A stretch of DNA of 64,000 nt from Gammaproteobacteria bacterium. Lineage in GTDB: Bacteria; Pseudomonadota; Gammaproteobacteria; Poriferisulfidales; Poriferisulfidaceae. Below are positions 17,359 to 27,615 of this stretch, in pieces; position 1 is the first letter of the stretch; every line of letters starts with the position of its first letter. Made by a program: the position numbers and the translations under genes. The stretch lies in contig JAPONY010000059.1 in NCBI GenBank assembly GCA_026713705.1, positions 55,670 to 119,669 on the forward strand, given 5' to 3'. The notes below the pieces were generated by a model. It was not told where the DNA came from and did no database searches. It was given only the letters and a program-made list of their open reading frames with translations.

Positions 17359-20090
17359 GCCACCCGCCGGGTCTGCGCGCCGCAGCAATGCTTGTACTTC
17401 TTGCCGGAACCGCACGGGCAAGGCTGGTTGCGCCCGACCTTGTCGGCCGCCCGGCGGACCGTCGGCGGCGGCGCGATACTGGCGGATGGCACTCTGGCCT
17501 GCGGCGAAGATTGCGGGCGCTGCACCGGAGAGACCTCCTCGCCCGACGTATGCCGGTAGTCCAGATCCGACACCGCGGTGGACGGTTTCTCCAGGGAATC
17601 CAGTTCGTCCGGGGAACCCAGCCTCAGCAGGCACAGCAGGCGAATGAAGTCATTCTCGATCCGGTCCATCATGGCCTGGAACAGTTCAAAGGCCTCGCGC
17701 TTGTATTCCTGTTTCGGGTTCTTCTGCGCGTAGCTGCGCAGGCCGATGCCCTGGCGCAGGTGATCCATCATCGCCAAGTGTTCCTTCCAGTGCAGGTCCA
17801 GGGTCGTCAGCAGCAAATCCCGCTCCAGGTGGCGCATCGCCTCCGGGGTGATCTCCTGCTCCTTGTCGCGCAGTTTCTGCTCGACGGACTGCCGGATGCG
17901 TTCCGCAAGCGTCGCATCGTTCAGTTCCGGTTCCTGCTCGAGCCAGTCGCGCACCGGGGCCACCAGGCCGAAGGTCTCGGTCAGTGCCTGTTCCAGCCCC
18001 TCGGTGTTCCATTGCTCTTCCATGCTCTCGGCCGGGATGTAGTCCCGGTAGACCCGCTCCACGACATCCGTACGGATCGATGCCGCGTGCTCGGACAGGT
18101 CCTCGGATACCATGATCTGGCTGCGCTGCTCGTAGACCACCGTGCGCTGGTCGTTGATCACGTCATCGAAATCCAGCAGGTGCTTGCGGATGTCGAAGTT
18201 GCGTGCCTCCACCTTTCGCTGGGCGTTGCCGATCGCCTTGGTGACCCAGGGGTGCTCGATCACCTCGCCTTCCTTCATGCCCAGGCGCTGCATCAGGGCG
18301 GACATCCGCTCCGAGGCGAAGATCCGGATCAGGCTATCCTCCAGCGACAGGTAGAAGCGGGTGGAGCCCGGATCGCCCTGGCGCCCCGAGCGGCCGCGCA
18401 ACTGGTTGTCGACGCGCCGTGACTCGTGCCGTTCGGTGCCGATGATGTGCAGTCCGCCCGCAGCCACGACCTGGTCGTGCCGGGCCTGCCATTCGGCCTG
18501 CATGTTGTCGGCCGACTTGGACTCCTCCGACTCCGGCGGCGACTCCATCGCACCGCCGAGCACGATGTCGGTGCCACGGCCGGCCATGTTGGTGGCGATG
18601 GTGACCGTGCCGGGCCGCCCGGCCTGGGCGATGATGTGCGATTCCTGTTCATGGAATTTTGCATTCAGGACTTGGTGCTTGATCCCGGCCTTCTGCAGTA
18701 ACTTGGACAACAGTTCGGAGTTGGAGATCGAGGTGGTGCCGACCAGCACCGGCTGCCCGCGTTCCACGCAATCCTGGATGTCCTCCACCACGGCCTCATA
18801 TTTCTCTGCGGCGGTCAGGAACACCATGTCTCCGAGATCTTCCCGGATCATCCGCATATGGGTCGGGACAACCACCACCTCCAGGCCGTAGATCTGCTGG
18901 AATTCGAACGCCTCGGTGTCGGCCGTGCCGGTCATGCCGGACAGCCGGGAGTAGAGCCGGAAGTAGTTCTGGAAGGTAATGGACGCCACGGTCTGGTTTT
19001 CCGTCTCGACCGCCACGCCCTCCTTGGCCTCGACGGCCTGGTGCAGCCCGTCCGACCAACGCCGTCCCGGCATCTTGCGGCCGGTGAACTCGTCGATGAT
19101 GACGATCTTGCCTTCCTCCGACACGATGTAGTCTCGGTCGCGCTGGAACAGGGTCCGCGCGCGCAGGGCCGCATTGACGTGGTGCAGCAAGCGGATGTTG
19201 CCGGCCTCGTACAGGCTGGCGCCCGGCGGAATCAGCTTCTCTTCGGACAGCAGTTCCTCGACCCGGTGGTGACCGTCCTCGGTCAGGTAGGCTTGGCGCG
19301 CCTTCTCGTCGATCCGGTAATCGCCCGGTCCCTCCTCCTCCTCCTGCAACTGGAGGTGCTGGACCATGTGGTTCATCTTCTGGTAGAGGTCGGTGCGATC
19401 CTCGGACGGCCCCGAGATGATCAGCGGCGTGCGGGCCTCGTCGATGAGGATCGAATCCACCTCGTCGACGATGGCGAATTCCTGTCCGCGCATGACCCGA
19501 TGCTCGGCCCGGAACACCATGTTGTCGCGCAGGTAGTCGAAACCGAATTCGTTGTTGGTGCCATAGGTCACGCTGGCGGCATAGGCATCGCGGCGCTGGC
19601 CGCCGTCGAGCCCCTGCACGATCACGCCCACGTTCAGGCCGAGCTGCTCGTAGATCGGGCGCATCCAGTCCGCATCGCGCCGGGCGAGGTAGTCGTTGAC
19701 GGTCACCACGTGCACGCTTTCGCCAGCCAGCGCGTGCAGGCAGGCCGGAAGGGTCGCGACCAGGGTCTTTCCCTCGCCGGTGCGCATCTCCGCGATGCCG
19801 CCCTCATGCAGCACGATGCCGCCGAGCAGCTGGACGTCGAAATGCCGCATGCCCAGCGTCCGGCGCGCCGCCTCGCGCACCAGCGCGAAGACCTCCGGCA
19901 GCAGGGCGTCCATTGCCTCCCCCTCGGCAAGGCGCGCCCGGCACTGGTCGGCGCGTTCGCGTAACTGTGCGTCGTCCGCGTCCTGCAGTGCGGCTTCCAT
20001 TTCGTTGATCTGCAGCACCGCCCGCCGGTGGCGCTTGAGGAGCCTCTGGTTGCGGCTGCCGAAAAATCTACGGACGAGTGTGTTAAACAT
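17355..20090 (-). CDS. secA: Preprotein translocase ATPase SecA
   Basis: 911 aa. [20 protein letters not shown]... The C-terminal zinc motif is [14 protein letters not shown]. Confidence 0.95.
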   Translation of the reverse strand: MFNTLVRRFFGSRNQRLLKRHRRAVLQINEMEAALQDADDAQLRERADQCRARLAEGEAMDALLPEVFALVREAARRTLGMRHFDVQLLGGIVLHEGGIAEMRTGEGKTLVATLPACLHALAGESVHVVTVNDYLARRDADWMRPIYEQLGLNVGVIVQGLDGGQRRDAYAASVTYGTNNEFGFDYLRDNMVFRAEHRVMRGQEFAIVDEVDSILIDEARTPLIISGPSEDRTDLYQKMNHMVQHLQLQEEEEGPGDYRIDEKARQAYLTEDGHHRVEELLSEEKLIPPGASLYEAGNIRLLHHVNAALRARTLFQRDRDYIVSEEGKIVIIDEFTGRKMPGRRWSDGLHQAVEAKEGVAVETENQTVASITFQNYFRLYSRLSGMTGTADTEAFEFQQIYGLEVVVVPTHMRMIREDLGDMVFLTAAEKYEAVVEDIQDCVERGQPVLVGTTSISNSELLSKLLQKAGIKHQVLNAKFHEQESHIIAQAGRPGTVTIATNMAGRGTDIVLGGAMESPPESEESKSADNMQAEWQARHDQVVAAGGLHIIGTERHESRRVDNQLRGRSGRQGDPGSTRFYLSLEDSLIRIFASERMSALMQRLGMKEGEVIEHPWVTKAIGNAQRKVEARNFDIRKHLLDFDDVINDQRTVVYEQRSQIMVSEDLSEHAASIRTDVVERVYRDYIPAESMEEQWNTEGLEQALTETFGLVAPVRDWLEQEPELNDATLAERIRQSVEQKLRDKEQEITPEAMRHLERDLLLTTLDLHWKEHLAMMDHLRQGIGLRSYAQKNPKQEYKREAFELFQAMMDRIENDFIRLLCLLRLGSPDELDSLEKPSTAVSDLDYRHTSGEEVSPVQRPQSSPQARVPSASIAPPPTVRRAADKVGRNQPCPCGSGKKYKHCCGAQTRRVA

Positions 20091-20142
20091 GCTGGAACCG
20101 CCGGTAAGCGATTAGAAAATTATAAGCGCGAGCCGCGCGGAT

Positions 20143-21084
20143 TCAGCGGCGGGCGGACAGGAACTTCAGGGGATTGGCGGCCTTTCCGTTCTTCAACACT
20201 TCAAAGTGCAAATGCGGTCCGGTCGAACGGCCGGTCGAACCGACCAGGGCGATTTTCTCGCCGCGCTCGATCATCTGCCCGGATTCCACCAGCAATTCGC
20301 TGGCGTGACCGTAGCGGGTCTGGTAGCCATTCCCGTGCCGGATCTGCACCATCAGGCCGTATCCGTCCCGTGTTCCTGCAAACTCCACCATGCCGGCTGC
20401 CGCCGACCGGATATCGGTCCCCTTGCTGGCAGCGAAGTCGATGCCCTGATGGAAGGCGGAGTGACCGTGGAACGGGTCCTGGCGCATGCCGTAATACGAG
20501 GAAACCCAGCCGGAACGCACGGGCCAGCTGCTGGGATACGCCTCGCTCACCAGGCGTCGGTGCTGGATCACGTCTTCCAGGACGTCCAGCCACAGTGTCC
20601 GGTCCTCGATCTGGCGATGCAGGTTGTCAATGGAGACGCCCAAGTCGGACGCGGTCGGCCCGGGGCCCGAAGAAGCGATGGTACGTCCGCCCAGGCCCGG
20701 TTCCGCGCCGAAGTCGAACTCCGTCCCGTCTTCCAGCTGCGCGAGGTCCACCAGCGTACCACCCAGCGCGTCCAAGCGCGCGATGCGCGCCTGCAGCCGC
20801 GCCAGCTGCGATGTCAGCGCGCCGATGTTGATCTGGCTCTCGCGGCGTATTTCCTTCAACGTCGCCGCGTGCGCGACCAATGTGTCGTCAATCGAATTCA
20901 GCAGGGCCTTCTCCCGGTGCAGGGCACCCTGGTGGAACGCCACCACGACGATCTGGGCCAGCACGACCGCTCCCGCAACCCCGAGGCCAAGACGCCGCCA
21001 GCCCGCGGCTTTGCCGGGGGCTTTGGCATGGCGGATAATGGCGGCGGAAGACTGCCCGATCCGATGAAAAAGCTTCTTGACCAT
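20143..21084 (-). CDS. M23 family metallopeptidase (EnvC/NlpD-like)
   Basis: N-terminal signal-anchor. The C-terminal M23 motifs are HQGIDFAA...GMVQIRHGNGYQTRYGH...GSTGRSTGPHLHFEV. Confidence 0.85.
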   Translation of the reverse strand: MVKKLFHRIGQSSAAIIRHAKAPGKAAGWRRLGLGVAGAVVLAQIVVVAFHQGALHREKALLNSIDDTLVAHAATLKEIRRESQINIGALTSQLARLQARIARLDALGGTLVDLAQLEDGTEFDFGAEPGLGGRTIASSGPGPTASDLGVSIDNLHRQIEDRTLWLDVLEDVIQHRRLVSEAYPSSWPVRSGWVSSYYGMRQDPFHGHSAFHQGIDFAASKGTDIRSAAAGMVEFAGTRDGYGLMVQIRHGNGYQTRYGHASELLVESGQMIERGEKIALVGSTGRSTGPHLHFEVLKNGKAANPLKFLSARR

Positions 21085-21363
21085 CTCGATCCTTACCTGC
21101 TGGCTCGCATCCGCCTACAGCTGGCCATCACCCAAAGCCTGCGCCGGCAACTTCCCGAACCGCTGGGCGAGCGTTGCTGGTGTAGCGATATTGAGGAGGC
21201 CACACTGACGATCTCGGTCGACGACAGCCAACAGGCGCCGCTGATCCACTATCAGCAGCGCGAACTGCTGAAACATATCAATGCAGAATTCAAGGGCCGA
21301 TTGAGGCGGCCGTTGCGCCAACTCCGGATCCAGGTTGCTGCGCGTCAGGCCGGTCACGACTAG
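21064..21363 (+). CDS. DUF721 (DciA-like) small protein
   Basis: It is the C-terminal 99 aa of the long track ORF 20206..21363. Its position between lpxC and the M23 peptidase is conserved in Pseudomonas-like gene order. Its 5' end overlaps the divergent M23 peptidase start by about 20 nt. Confidence 0.4.
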   Translation: MKKLLDHLDPYLLARIRLQLAITQSLRRQLPEPLGERCWCSDIEEATLTISVDDSQQAPLIHYQQRELLKHINAEFKGRLRRPLRQLRIQVAARQAGHD

Positions 21364-21371
21364 GGGCCTGT

Positions 21372-22286
21372 TCAGGCCGGACTGACCTGCGCGAAGCAGA
21401 CAGGAGCCTGGCTGGTGTCTTCGAAACTGACCAGTTCCCAAGCCGACTCGGTGGACAGCAGCTTACGCAGCAGCTGGATGTTGAGTTCATGCCCGGAGCA
21501 ATAGCCCTCGAAAGAGCCGATCAGGCTGTTGCCGAGCAGGTAGAGGTCGCCGATGGCGTCGAGCACCTTGTGCTTGACGAATTCGTCGGAATAGCGCAGA
21601 CCGCTGTCGTTGAGGATGCGGTTGTCGTCCAGCACGATCGCGTTGTCCAGGCTGCCGCCGAGGGCCAGGTTCCGCTCGCGCAGGAGCTCCACCTCATGGC
21701 GGAAACCGAACGTGCGCGCCCGCGACACCTCCTTGATGTAGGACGTGCTGGAAAGGTCCAGGGTTGCGGACTGCCGGGTGTTGCGGATCACCGGATGATC
21801 GAAGTCGATGGTGAACCCCACTTTGAAGCCGTCGTACGGAGTCAGGCGCACCCATCGGCCGCCCTTCTCGTCGCGCGCCTCGACCGGCTCACGAATTCGG
21901 AGGTAGCGTTTCGGCGCATCCTGTTCGACCAGGCCGCTCGAATGAATCAGGAATACGAACGGGCTCGCGCTGCCGTCCATGATCGGGACTTCGCTGGCGT
22001 CCAGGTCCACGTACATGTTGTCCACTCCGAGGCCGGCGACTGCCGACAGCAGATGCTCGACCGTCGAGACATGGACGTCGCCGTTGGACAGCGTCGTCGA
22101 CAGGCGGGTCGCGGAAACCTGGTCCGGGTGTACCCGGATACGAACCGGCGGATCAAAATCGATCCGCCGCAGCACCACCCCCGTGTCCACCGGGGCCGGA
22201 CTCAAGCGCATAGAGGTCTTTTCCCCCGTATGCAGACCGATGCCCTCTGCGCAAATGCTCTGCTTCAGGGTGTGCTGGCGAATCAT
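21372..22286 (-). CDS. lpxC: UDP-3-O-acyl-N-acetylglucosamine deacetylase
   Basis: 304 aa. [38 protein letters not shown] is the canonical LpxC N-terminus. Confidence 0.95.
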   Translation of the reverse strand: MIRQHTLKQSICAEGIGLHTGEKTSMRLSPAPVDTGVVLRRIDFDPPVRIRVHPDQVSATRLSTTLSNGDVHVSTVEHLLSAVAGLGVDNMYVDLDASEVPIMDGSASPFVFLIHSSGLVEQDAPKRYLRIREPVEARDEKGGRWVRLTPYDGFKVGFTIDFDHPVIRNTRQSATLDLSSTSYIKEVSRARTFGFRHEVELLRERNLALGGSLDNAIVLDDNRILNDSGLRYSDEFVKHKVLDAIGDLYLLGNSLIGSFEGYCSGHELNIQLLRKLLSTESAWELVSFEDTSQAPVCFAQVSPA

Positions 22287-22398
22287 TCCAGAAAATGCCC
22301 GTTTATTTTGGCGCTCCGCGCGTCAGGCCAACCCTGTTTTGCGGATGCGCGTATTATTACAGAAAAAAGAAAGTTTTGCCATCTCCGCGCCCCCCTCG

Positions 22399-22417
22399 CC
22401 CCCGGCAAAGCCGGGGG
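22399..22417 (-). terminator. GC-rich hairpin downstream of ftsZ (CCCCCGGC-AAA-GCCGGGGG)
   Basis: Perfect 8-bp stem 45 nt after the ftsZ stop. The T-run on the minus strand is distal (about 35 nt), so it is not a canonical intrinsic terminator. Confidence 0.3.
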
Positions 22418-22461
22418 GAAGTTGGGCGAAACCAGGGCACCTTCCCCGCATGTCGCACCGC

Positions 22462-23769
22462 TCAGTCGTGCTGCTTGCGCAGGTAGGCCGGAATGTCGAA
22501 CTTCTGCCGTTCTTCGCCCTTGGTCCAGTCCGGGCTCTGCGGCTGCGGCTTCCGGGCCAGATTACCCTCGGTATGGATCGGCGGCACCGCGGCGATCTTC
22601 TCGTCCGACGGCTCCGCCCCGTTGCCGTTCGCCCTTTCGCGGGCTGGGGCTGGGGCCGAGGCCGGGGTCGTACTCGGAGCCCGGGTGATCTGCCTTGGGG
22701 TCGCCCCCAGTGCAGCCAGGACCGGATCCGCCTCCTTCTCCTCCTTGGAGCCGAAGCCCGCCACCACGATGGTCACCTTGAGCTTGTCGCCCATGTGCTC
22801 GTCGTAGGTCGTGCCCATCACGATCTGGGCGTTTTCGTCCTGCAGCGGCTGCAGTTCCTCCGCGATCTGGCGGAACTCCGGCAACGCCAATCCCTGGCGG
22901 GTGGTGGTCACGTTGACCAGCATGGCCCGGGCGTCGGTGATGTTCACCTCGTCGAGCAGGCGGCAGTTGATGGCCTGCTGCGTGGCTTCGACCGCCCGGT
23001 TCGGGCCCTCGGCGGTCCCGGTGCCCATCATGGCCATTCCCTGCTGCTGCATCACGGTACGCACGTCGGCGAAGTCGACGTTGATGGTGCCCGGCCGCAG
23101 GATCAGGTCGGAGATCCCGCACACGGCGCCGTGCAGCACCTTGTCCGCCTCGATGAAGGCATCCTCCATCGAGATGTCCGGGTCCAGCTCGCTCATCAGC
23201 CGATCGTTGGGGATGGTGATGATCGAGTCGACATGGGAACTGAGCTCGCGGATGCCCTCCTCGGCGAGGCGGCATCGCTGCTGCCCCTCGAAGTTGAACG
23301 GGCGGGTCACCACCGCCACCGTCAGCACCCCGGCCTCCTTGGCCAGTTCCGCGATGACCGGCGCCGCACCGGTGCCGGTTCCGCCGCCCATGCCAGCGGT
23401 GATGAACAGCATGTCGGTGTTTTCCACCAGCCCGGCCAGCACCTCCCGGCTCTCCAGCGCCGCTTCGCGCCCGACTTCCGGCTGAGCGCCGGCGCCGAGG
23501 CCCTTGGTCGTCTCCCGGCCGATCTGCACCGGCTGTCCCACCCTCAGGTCGCGCAGGACCTGTGCGTCGGTGTTGACGCAGAAGACTTCCACGTTCGCGG
23601 CCAGGTCGCGCTCCATGCGCTGCGTGGCGTTGCCGCCGCCGCCGCCGACGCCGATCACCTTCATTCGGGCGTCCTCCTGGTCCGGCTGAACGGGCGTGAA
23701 TACGAGTTCCGCCGTCTCTTCGGCAGGTTCGGACGAATTCGTCCAGTCTAATCCGTTAATCAAAGTCAT
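22462..23769 (-). CDS. ftsZ: Cell division GTPase FtsZ
   Basis: The tubulin signature is VIGVGGGGGNA...TAGMGGGTGTGAAPV. The long start at 23769 has GGAG 9 nt upstream. An alternative internal start MKV (23664) has a strong AGGAGG SD. Confidence 0.9.
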   Translation of the reverse strand: MTLINGLDWTNSSEPAEETAELVFTPVQPDQEDARMKVIGVGGGGGNATQRMERDLAANVEVFCVNTDAQVLRDLRVGQPVQIGRETTKGLGAGAQPEVGREAALESREVLAGLVENTDMLFITAGMGGGTGTGAAPVIAELAKEAGVLTVAVVTRPFNFEGQQRCRLAEEGIRELSSHVDSIITIPNDRLMSELDPDISMEDAFIEADKVLHGAVCGISDLILRPGTINVDFADVRTVMQQQGMAMMGTGTAEGPNRAVEATQQAINCRLLDEVNITDARAMLVNVTTTRQGLALPEFRQIAEELQPLQDENAQIVMGTTYDEHMGDKLKVTIVVAGFGSKEEKEADPVLAALGATPRQITRAPSTTPASAPAPARERANGNGAEPSDEKIAAVPPIHTEGNLARKPQPQSPDWTKGEERQKFDIPAYLRKQHD

Positions 23770-23796
23770 TTTCCTAATCTCCAGTTGTCGTGAAAG

Positions 23797-25089
23797 TTAA
23801 ATCCATGAAAGAACGCGCTGCCGCCAGGAATCGGTCACCGCCGATGATCCCAGGTTCGGCCGCGCCGGGTCGTGGTAGGTCAACAGCCCGATCCCGGTGG
23901 CGTAAATCGGCTGATTGAAGCGTTCGTCGCGGAACCGCAGGTGCTGCGGCCCGCCCACCCGGACCGGGCGGTTGAACACTTCCTCGGCCAGCAGGTCCAG
24001 GCCCCGGACCATCGCTCCGCCGCCGGTCAGCACGAGGCCGGCGCCTTCGATCTTGTCGTAGTAGCCGGAACGGCGCAGTTCGTCGTTGATCAGTTCGAAC
24101 AGTTCCACGTAGCGCGGGCGGATGATGTCCACCAGCACGGATCCGCGCAGCTGCGCCGGCGGGCGCCCGCCGAGACCCGGCACCTCCAGAATCTGGTCGT
24201 CCTGCTGCGGGTTGCTGCTGGCGTGGCCATGCTCGATCTTGAGCTGTTCGGCGTCCTGCACCCGGGTGCTCAGGGCGATGGCGATGTCGCGATTGACGTG
24301 GTCGCCGGCCACCGGAATGGTGGTGGTGTAGTGGATCGCACCGGAATTGAACACGGCGATGTCCGAGGTGCCGCCGCCGATGTCGACCAGGCAGACCCCC
24401 AGTTCGCGTTCGTCCGGGGTCAGCACCGCCTCGCTGGATGCGAGCTGTTCCAGCACCACGTGGTCGACGGTCAGTCCGCAGTGGCGGACGCACTTGACCA
24501 GGTTCTGCAGCGCGCCGGCCCCGGCGGTGATCAGGTGTACGCGCGCATCCAGGCGAACCCCGGACATGCCGAGCGGGGTACGGATTCCGTACTGGTCGTC
24601 GATCGCGTATTCCTGCGGCAGCACATGCAGGATACGCTTGTCGTCGGTGAGCTTCACCGCGCTCGCCGCATCCAGCACCCGTTCCACGACCGAGGCCGTG
24701 ATCTCGCCTTCGCGCACCGGAATGGCGCCGCTGGCGTTGAGACTGTGGATGTGGCTGCCGGCAATGCCGACGTTAACGTTGCGGATGGTGCAGTCGGTCA
24801 TCTCCTCGGCCTCCTCGACGGCACGGCGGATCGACTCCACCGTCTCCTCGATGTTGACCACCATGCCGGCCTTGAGACCGTGCGAAGCGGTAGTGCCGCA
24901 ACCGACGACCTCCAGTTCGCCGTCCTCGTTGGCATGCGCGACCGCCGCCACGATGCGGGACGTGCCGATATCGAGCGCGACCAGCTGATCCGGGTTGGGA
25001 CGACGCTGCGTGATCGTCGAGAACATGCGCGAGAACAGTCCGGACCGCTTGGGTTCCAGCGGCAGGACTGCAGAATGTGAATTGTCCAT
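23797..25089 (-). CDS. ftsA: Cell division protein FtsA
   Basis: Start chosen at MDNSHS (ATG 25089) because of the strong AGGAGGAAAACC SD. The actin-like core begins LVALDIGTSRIVAAV, about 35 aa in. The track's extension to 25224 is rejected. Confidence 0.9.
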   Translation of the reverse strand: MDNSHSAVLPLEPKRSGLFSRMFSTITQRRPNPDQLVALDIGTSRIVAAVAHANEDGELEVVGCGTTASHGLKAGMVVNIEETVESIRRAVEEAEEMTDCTIRNVNVGIAGSHIHSLNASGAIPVREGEITASVVERVLDAASAVKLTDDKRILHVLPQEYAIDDQYGIRTPLGMSGVRLDARVHLITAGAGALQNLVKCVRHCGLTVDHVVLEQLASSEAVLTPDERELGVCLVDIGGGTSDIAVFNSGAIHYTTTIPVAGDHVNRDIAIALSTRVQDAEQLKIEHGHASSNPQQDDQILEVPGLGGRPPAQLRGSVLVDIIRPRYVELFELINDELRRSGYYDKIEGAGLVLTGGGAMVRGLDLLAEEVFNRPVRVGGPQHLRFRDERFNQPIYATGIGLLTYHDPARPNLGSSAVTDSWRQRVLSWI

Positions 25090-25099
25090 GGTTTTCCTC

Positions 25100-25807
25100 C
25101 TATGATTCAGTTGCGGACCTGGCCGCAAACCCGTTCGGGTAGCGCAGGTCGATTCTCGTGTTGGGCGCAGGCGCGGTCCGGGCGTAAGCCTCGTAGTAGC
25201 GCAACCAGCGCACCAGTCGTTCAAACGGGCGAACCCGCCCCAGCGTGAGGCGCATCCCCGAGAGTGTCGTCAGGTGTAGCGAGCGGAACTTGGTCTCTTC
25301 CAGCCGGACCAGGCGGAGTCCGTACGGCGCCAGCAGCATCCGGACCCGCTCGGCGTATCCGACCAGGGCGGCCTCGCGGCCCGGCATCCCCGCGAGTCGA
25401 AGCAGGGACGGCTCCAGCTGCTGGCCGCGCAGGGTGAACCGTTCTCCCCGTTCGTTCAGCAGACCGCCTGCCTCCCAGCGCGCGACCGGGACCTGTTCGA
25501 CCACATCGATCCGCAGCGTGCCCGGCCAATGTCGGCGGATCCGCGCCTGCCGCACCCAGGCGCTCTGCTCGAGCTGCTGCTCCAGTCCGCCCAGGTCCTG
25601 AGTCAGCATGTTGCCGGACAGCGCCTCCGCGACGATCTCCTGCAACTGGATGGGATCCAGGTACCGCAGCGTCCCGTGCAGGGCCACCTGGCGGATCGGG
25701 AGATTCGTCGGATTCGTCAGCCACAGGCTGCCGCCGATGCCCAGCGCCAACGCCAGCACCGTACCCGTGAGGCGCATCATCAGGCCGGTTCCGGACGACC
25801 TATCCAT
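25100..25807 (-). CDS. ftsQ: Cell division protein FtsQ
   Basis: 235 aa. N-terminal transmembrane helix plus POTRA-like region. The dcw position is conserved. Confidence 0.85.
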   Translation of the reverse strand: MDRSSGTGLMMRLTGTVLALALGIGGSLWLTNPTNLPIRQVALHGTLRYLDPIQLQEIVAEALSGNMLTQDLGGLEQQLEQSAWVRQARIRRHWPGTLRIDVVEQVPVARWEAGGLLNERGERFTLRGQQLEPSLLRLAGMPGREAALVGYAERVRMLLAPYGLRLVRLEETKFRSLHLTTLSGMRLTLGRVRPFERLVRWLRYYEAYARTAPAPNTRIDLRYPNGFAARSATES

Positions 25808-26735
25808 GGGCCGGCTCCTCGGCGGGCTCCCGCAAGCGGGAGGTCTCCAGCATGCGCACGATCAGGTCCTCGTATTCCAGCCCGACCGCCTCGGCGGCCA
25901 TCGGCAGCAGGCTGTGGCGGCGCAGGCCGGGCGCGGTGTTCACCTCGAGCAGCCACGGCCGGTCCAGTTCGTCCAGCATCAGATCCACCCGGCCGTACCC
26001 TTCCGCCCCGGTGCATTCGAAGGCGCGCATCGCCAGCGCCGCCAATTCGTCCTCCATCGCCTTAGGCAGGCCGCAGGGAATGTCGTAGCGGGTGTCTTCC
26101 GATTCGTACTTGGCCTGGTAGTCGAAGAATTCTCCCTGCGGGCACAAGCGGATCAACGGCAACGCCTCGTCCTGCAGGATCCCGACCGTGTATTCGGTGC
26201 CCTGCACCAGTCGCTCCAGCAGAATCTTCGAACCGTGCCCCCCGGCCTCCTCGACCGCGGGCGCCACGTCCTCGGCCTGATGCGCAAAGATCACGCCGAT
26301 GCTGGACCCCTGATCCACCGGCTTGATCACCAGCGGCAGGCCCAGGTCTTCGCACTGGTCCTCCAGCCGGTCCGGATCCGCGATCACCCCCTTCGGGGTC
26401 GGCAGGCCTTCCTGCCACCAGCGTTTCTTCGTCTCCAGCTTGTCCATGCACACGCGCGAGGCCTCCGGGCCGCTGCCGCTGTACGGCAGCCCCATCTCCT
26501 CCAGCGCCTGCTGCACTTCCCCGTCTTCTCCGCCGATGCCGTGCAGGGCCAGGAAGCAGCGGTCGAAGCCCTGTTCCGCAAGCTGCGGCAGAGTCTCGCG
26601 CTGCACGTCGACCGCCTCGGCCTCGACGCCGCGCGCCTGCAGCGCCTCGAAGGCGCACTGCCCGGAAATCAGCGAGATCGGCCGTTCCTCGGACCAGCCG
26701 CCCATCAATACTGCCACACGTCCGTACTCGCTCAT
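25800..26735 (-). CDS. ddl: D-alanine--D-alanine ligase
   Basis: Start MSEYGRVAVLMGGWSEE. GGGGGAGG SD. ATGA overlap with the murB stop. ATP-grasp motifs. Confidence 0.9.
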   Translation of the reverse strand: MSEYGRVAVLMGGWSEERPISLISGQCAFEALQARGVEAEAVDVQRETLPQLAEQGFDRCFLALHGIGGEDGEVQQALEEMGLPYSGSGPEASRVCMDKLETKKRWWQEGLPTPKGVIADPDRLEDQCEDLGLPLVIKPVDQGSSIGVIFAHQAEDVAPAVEEAGGHGSKILLERLVQGTEYTVGILQDEALPLIRLCPQGEFFDYQAKYESEDTRYDIPCGLPKAMEDELAALAMRAFECTGAEGYGRVDLMLDELDRPWLLEVNTAPGLRRHSLLPMAAEAVGLEYEDLIVRMLETSRLREPAEEPAHG

Positions 26736-27613
26736 GTGACCTCCCCCAGGATGCGAACCTCGAGTTCGAGGCGCACGCCGCTGTGTTCTTCGACCGTGTC
26801 CCGGACATGTTCGATCAGGCGCTCGATGTCGGCCGCGCTGGCCTTCCCCCCGTGGACGATGAAGTTGGCGTGCGTGCGGCTGACCTCGGCGCCGCCGATC
26901 CGGCAGCCCTTGAGGCCGGCCTCCTCGATCAGGCGTGCGGCGTAGCCGCCGGGAGGGTTGCGGAACACCGAACCGCCGCTCGGCTGCGACACCGGCTGGG
27001 TAATGCGCCGGCGATCCATCAGTTCCCGCAGCCGGCGTTCCGGCTGCGCCGGGTCCTCGGCCGACTCGAGGCGGAAGGTTCCGGCCACCACGCCGTGCCC
27101 GGCGGGAATTTCGGCGAACCGGTAGCCCACCTTGACCTGTCCGGCTGAAAACTCGTACCGATCGCCCTGGCGGTCGACGGTTTCGATGGACTCGACGAAG
27201 TCCCAGAGCTCGGAGCCGGCCGCGCCGGCGTTCATCGCGAGGGCGCCCCCGACCGTGCCGGGGATGCCGGCCAGGAATTCCAGCCCGCTCCAGCCCGCCG
27301 CCGCGGTGATGATCGCCAGGCGAGCGCACGAGGCGCCGCCCTGGGCCTGGACCTTCGGCGGCTCCATCACGATCTCGGACAGCGGCTCGCACAACTGGAT
27401 GACCACCCCGCGCATGCCGCCGTCGCGCACCAGCACATTGCTGCCCCGTCCGAGCCAGGTCAGGGGCACATCCGCCTCAAGCCCGGCCAGGTAGGCGCTC
27501 AAGTCGTCGAGGCTGCTCGGCGCATAGACGCGGTCCGCCGCGCCGCCGCAGCGCCAGGTGGTATGTTCGGACATCGGCACCTTTCGGTGCTCGCCGGTGG
27601 TTGCGACCACCAT
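26732..27613 (-). CDS. murB: UDP-N-acetylenolpyruvoylglucosamine reductase (short, type II-like form)
   Basis: 293 aa from ATG 27613 (GAGGGAGG SD, 2 nt after the murC stop). It contains GRGSNVLV and GGSVFRNP motifs. Confidence 0.85.
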   Translation of the reverse strand: MVVATTGEHRKVPMSEHTTWRCGGAADRVYAPSSLDDLSAYLAGLEADVPLTWLGRGSNVLVRDGGMRGVVIQLCEPLSEIVMEPPKVQAQGGASCARLAIITAAAGWSGLEFLAGIPGTVGGALAMNAGAAGSELWDFVESIETVDRQGDRYEFSAGQVKVGYRFAEIPAGHGVVAGTFRLESAEDPAQPERRLRELMDRRRITQPVSQPSGGSVFRNPPGGYAARLIEEAGLKGCRIGGAEVSRTHANFIVHGGKASAADIERLIEHVRDTVEEHSGVRLELEVRILGEVT

Positions 27614-27615
27614 GT

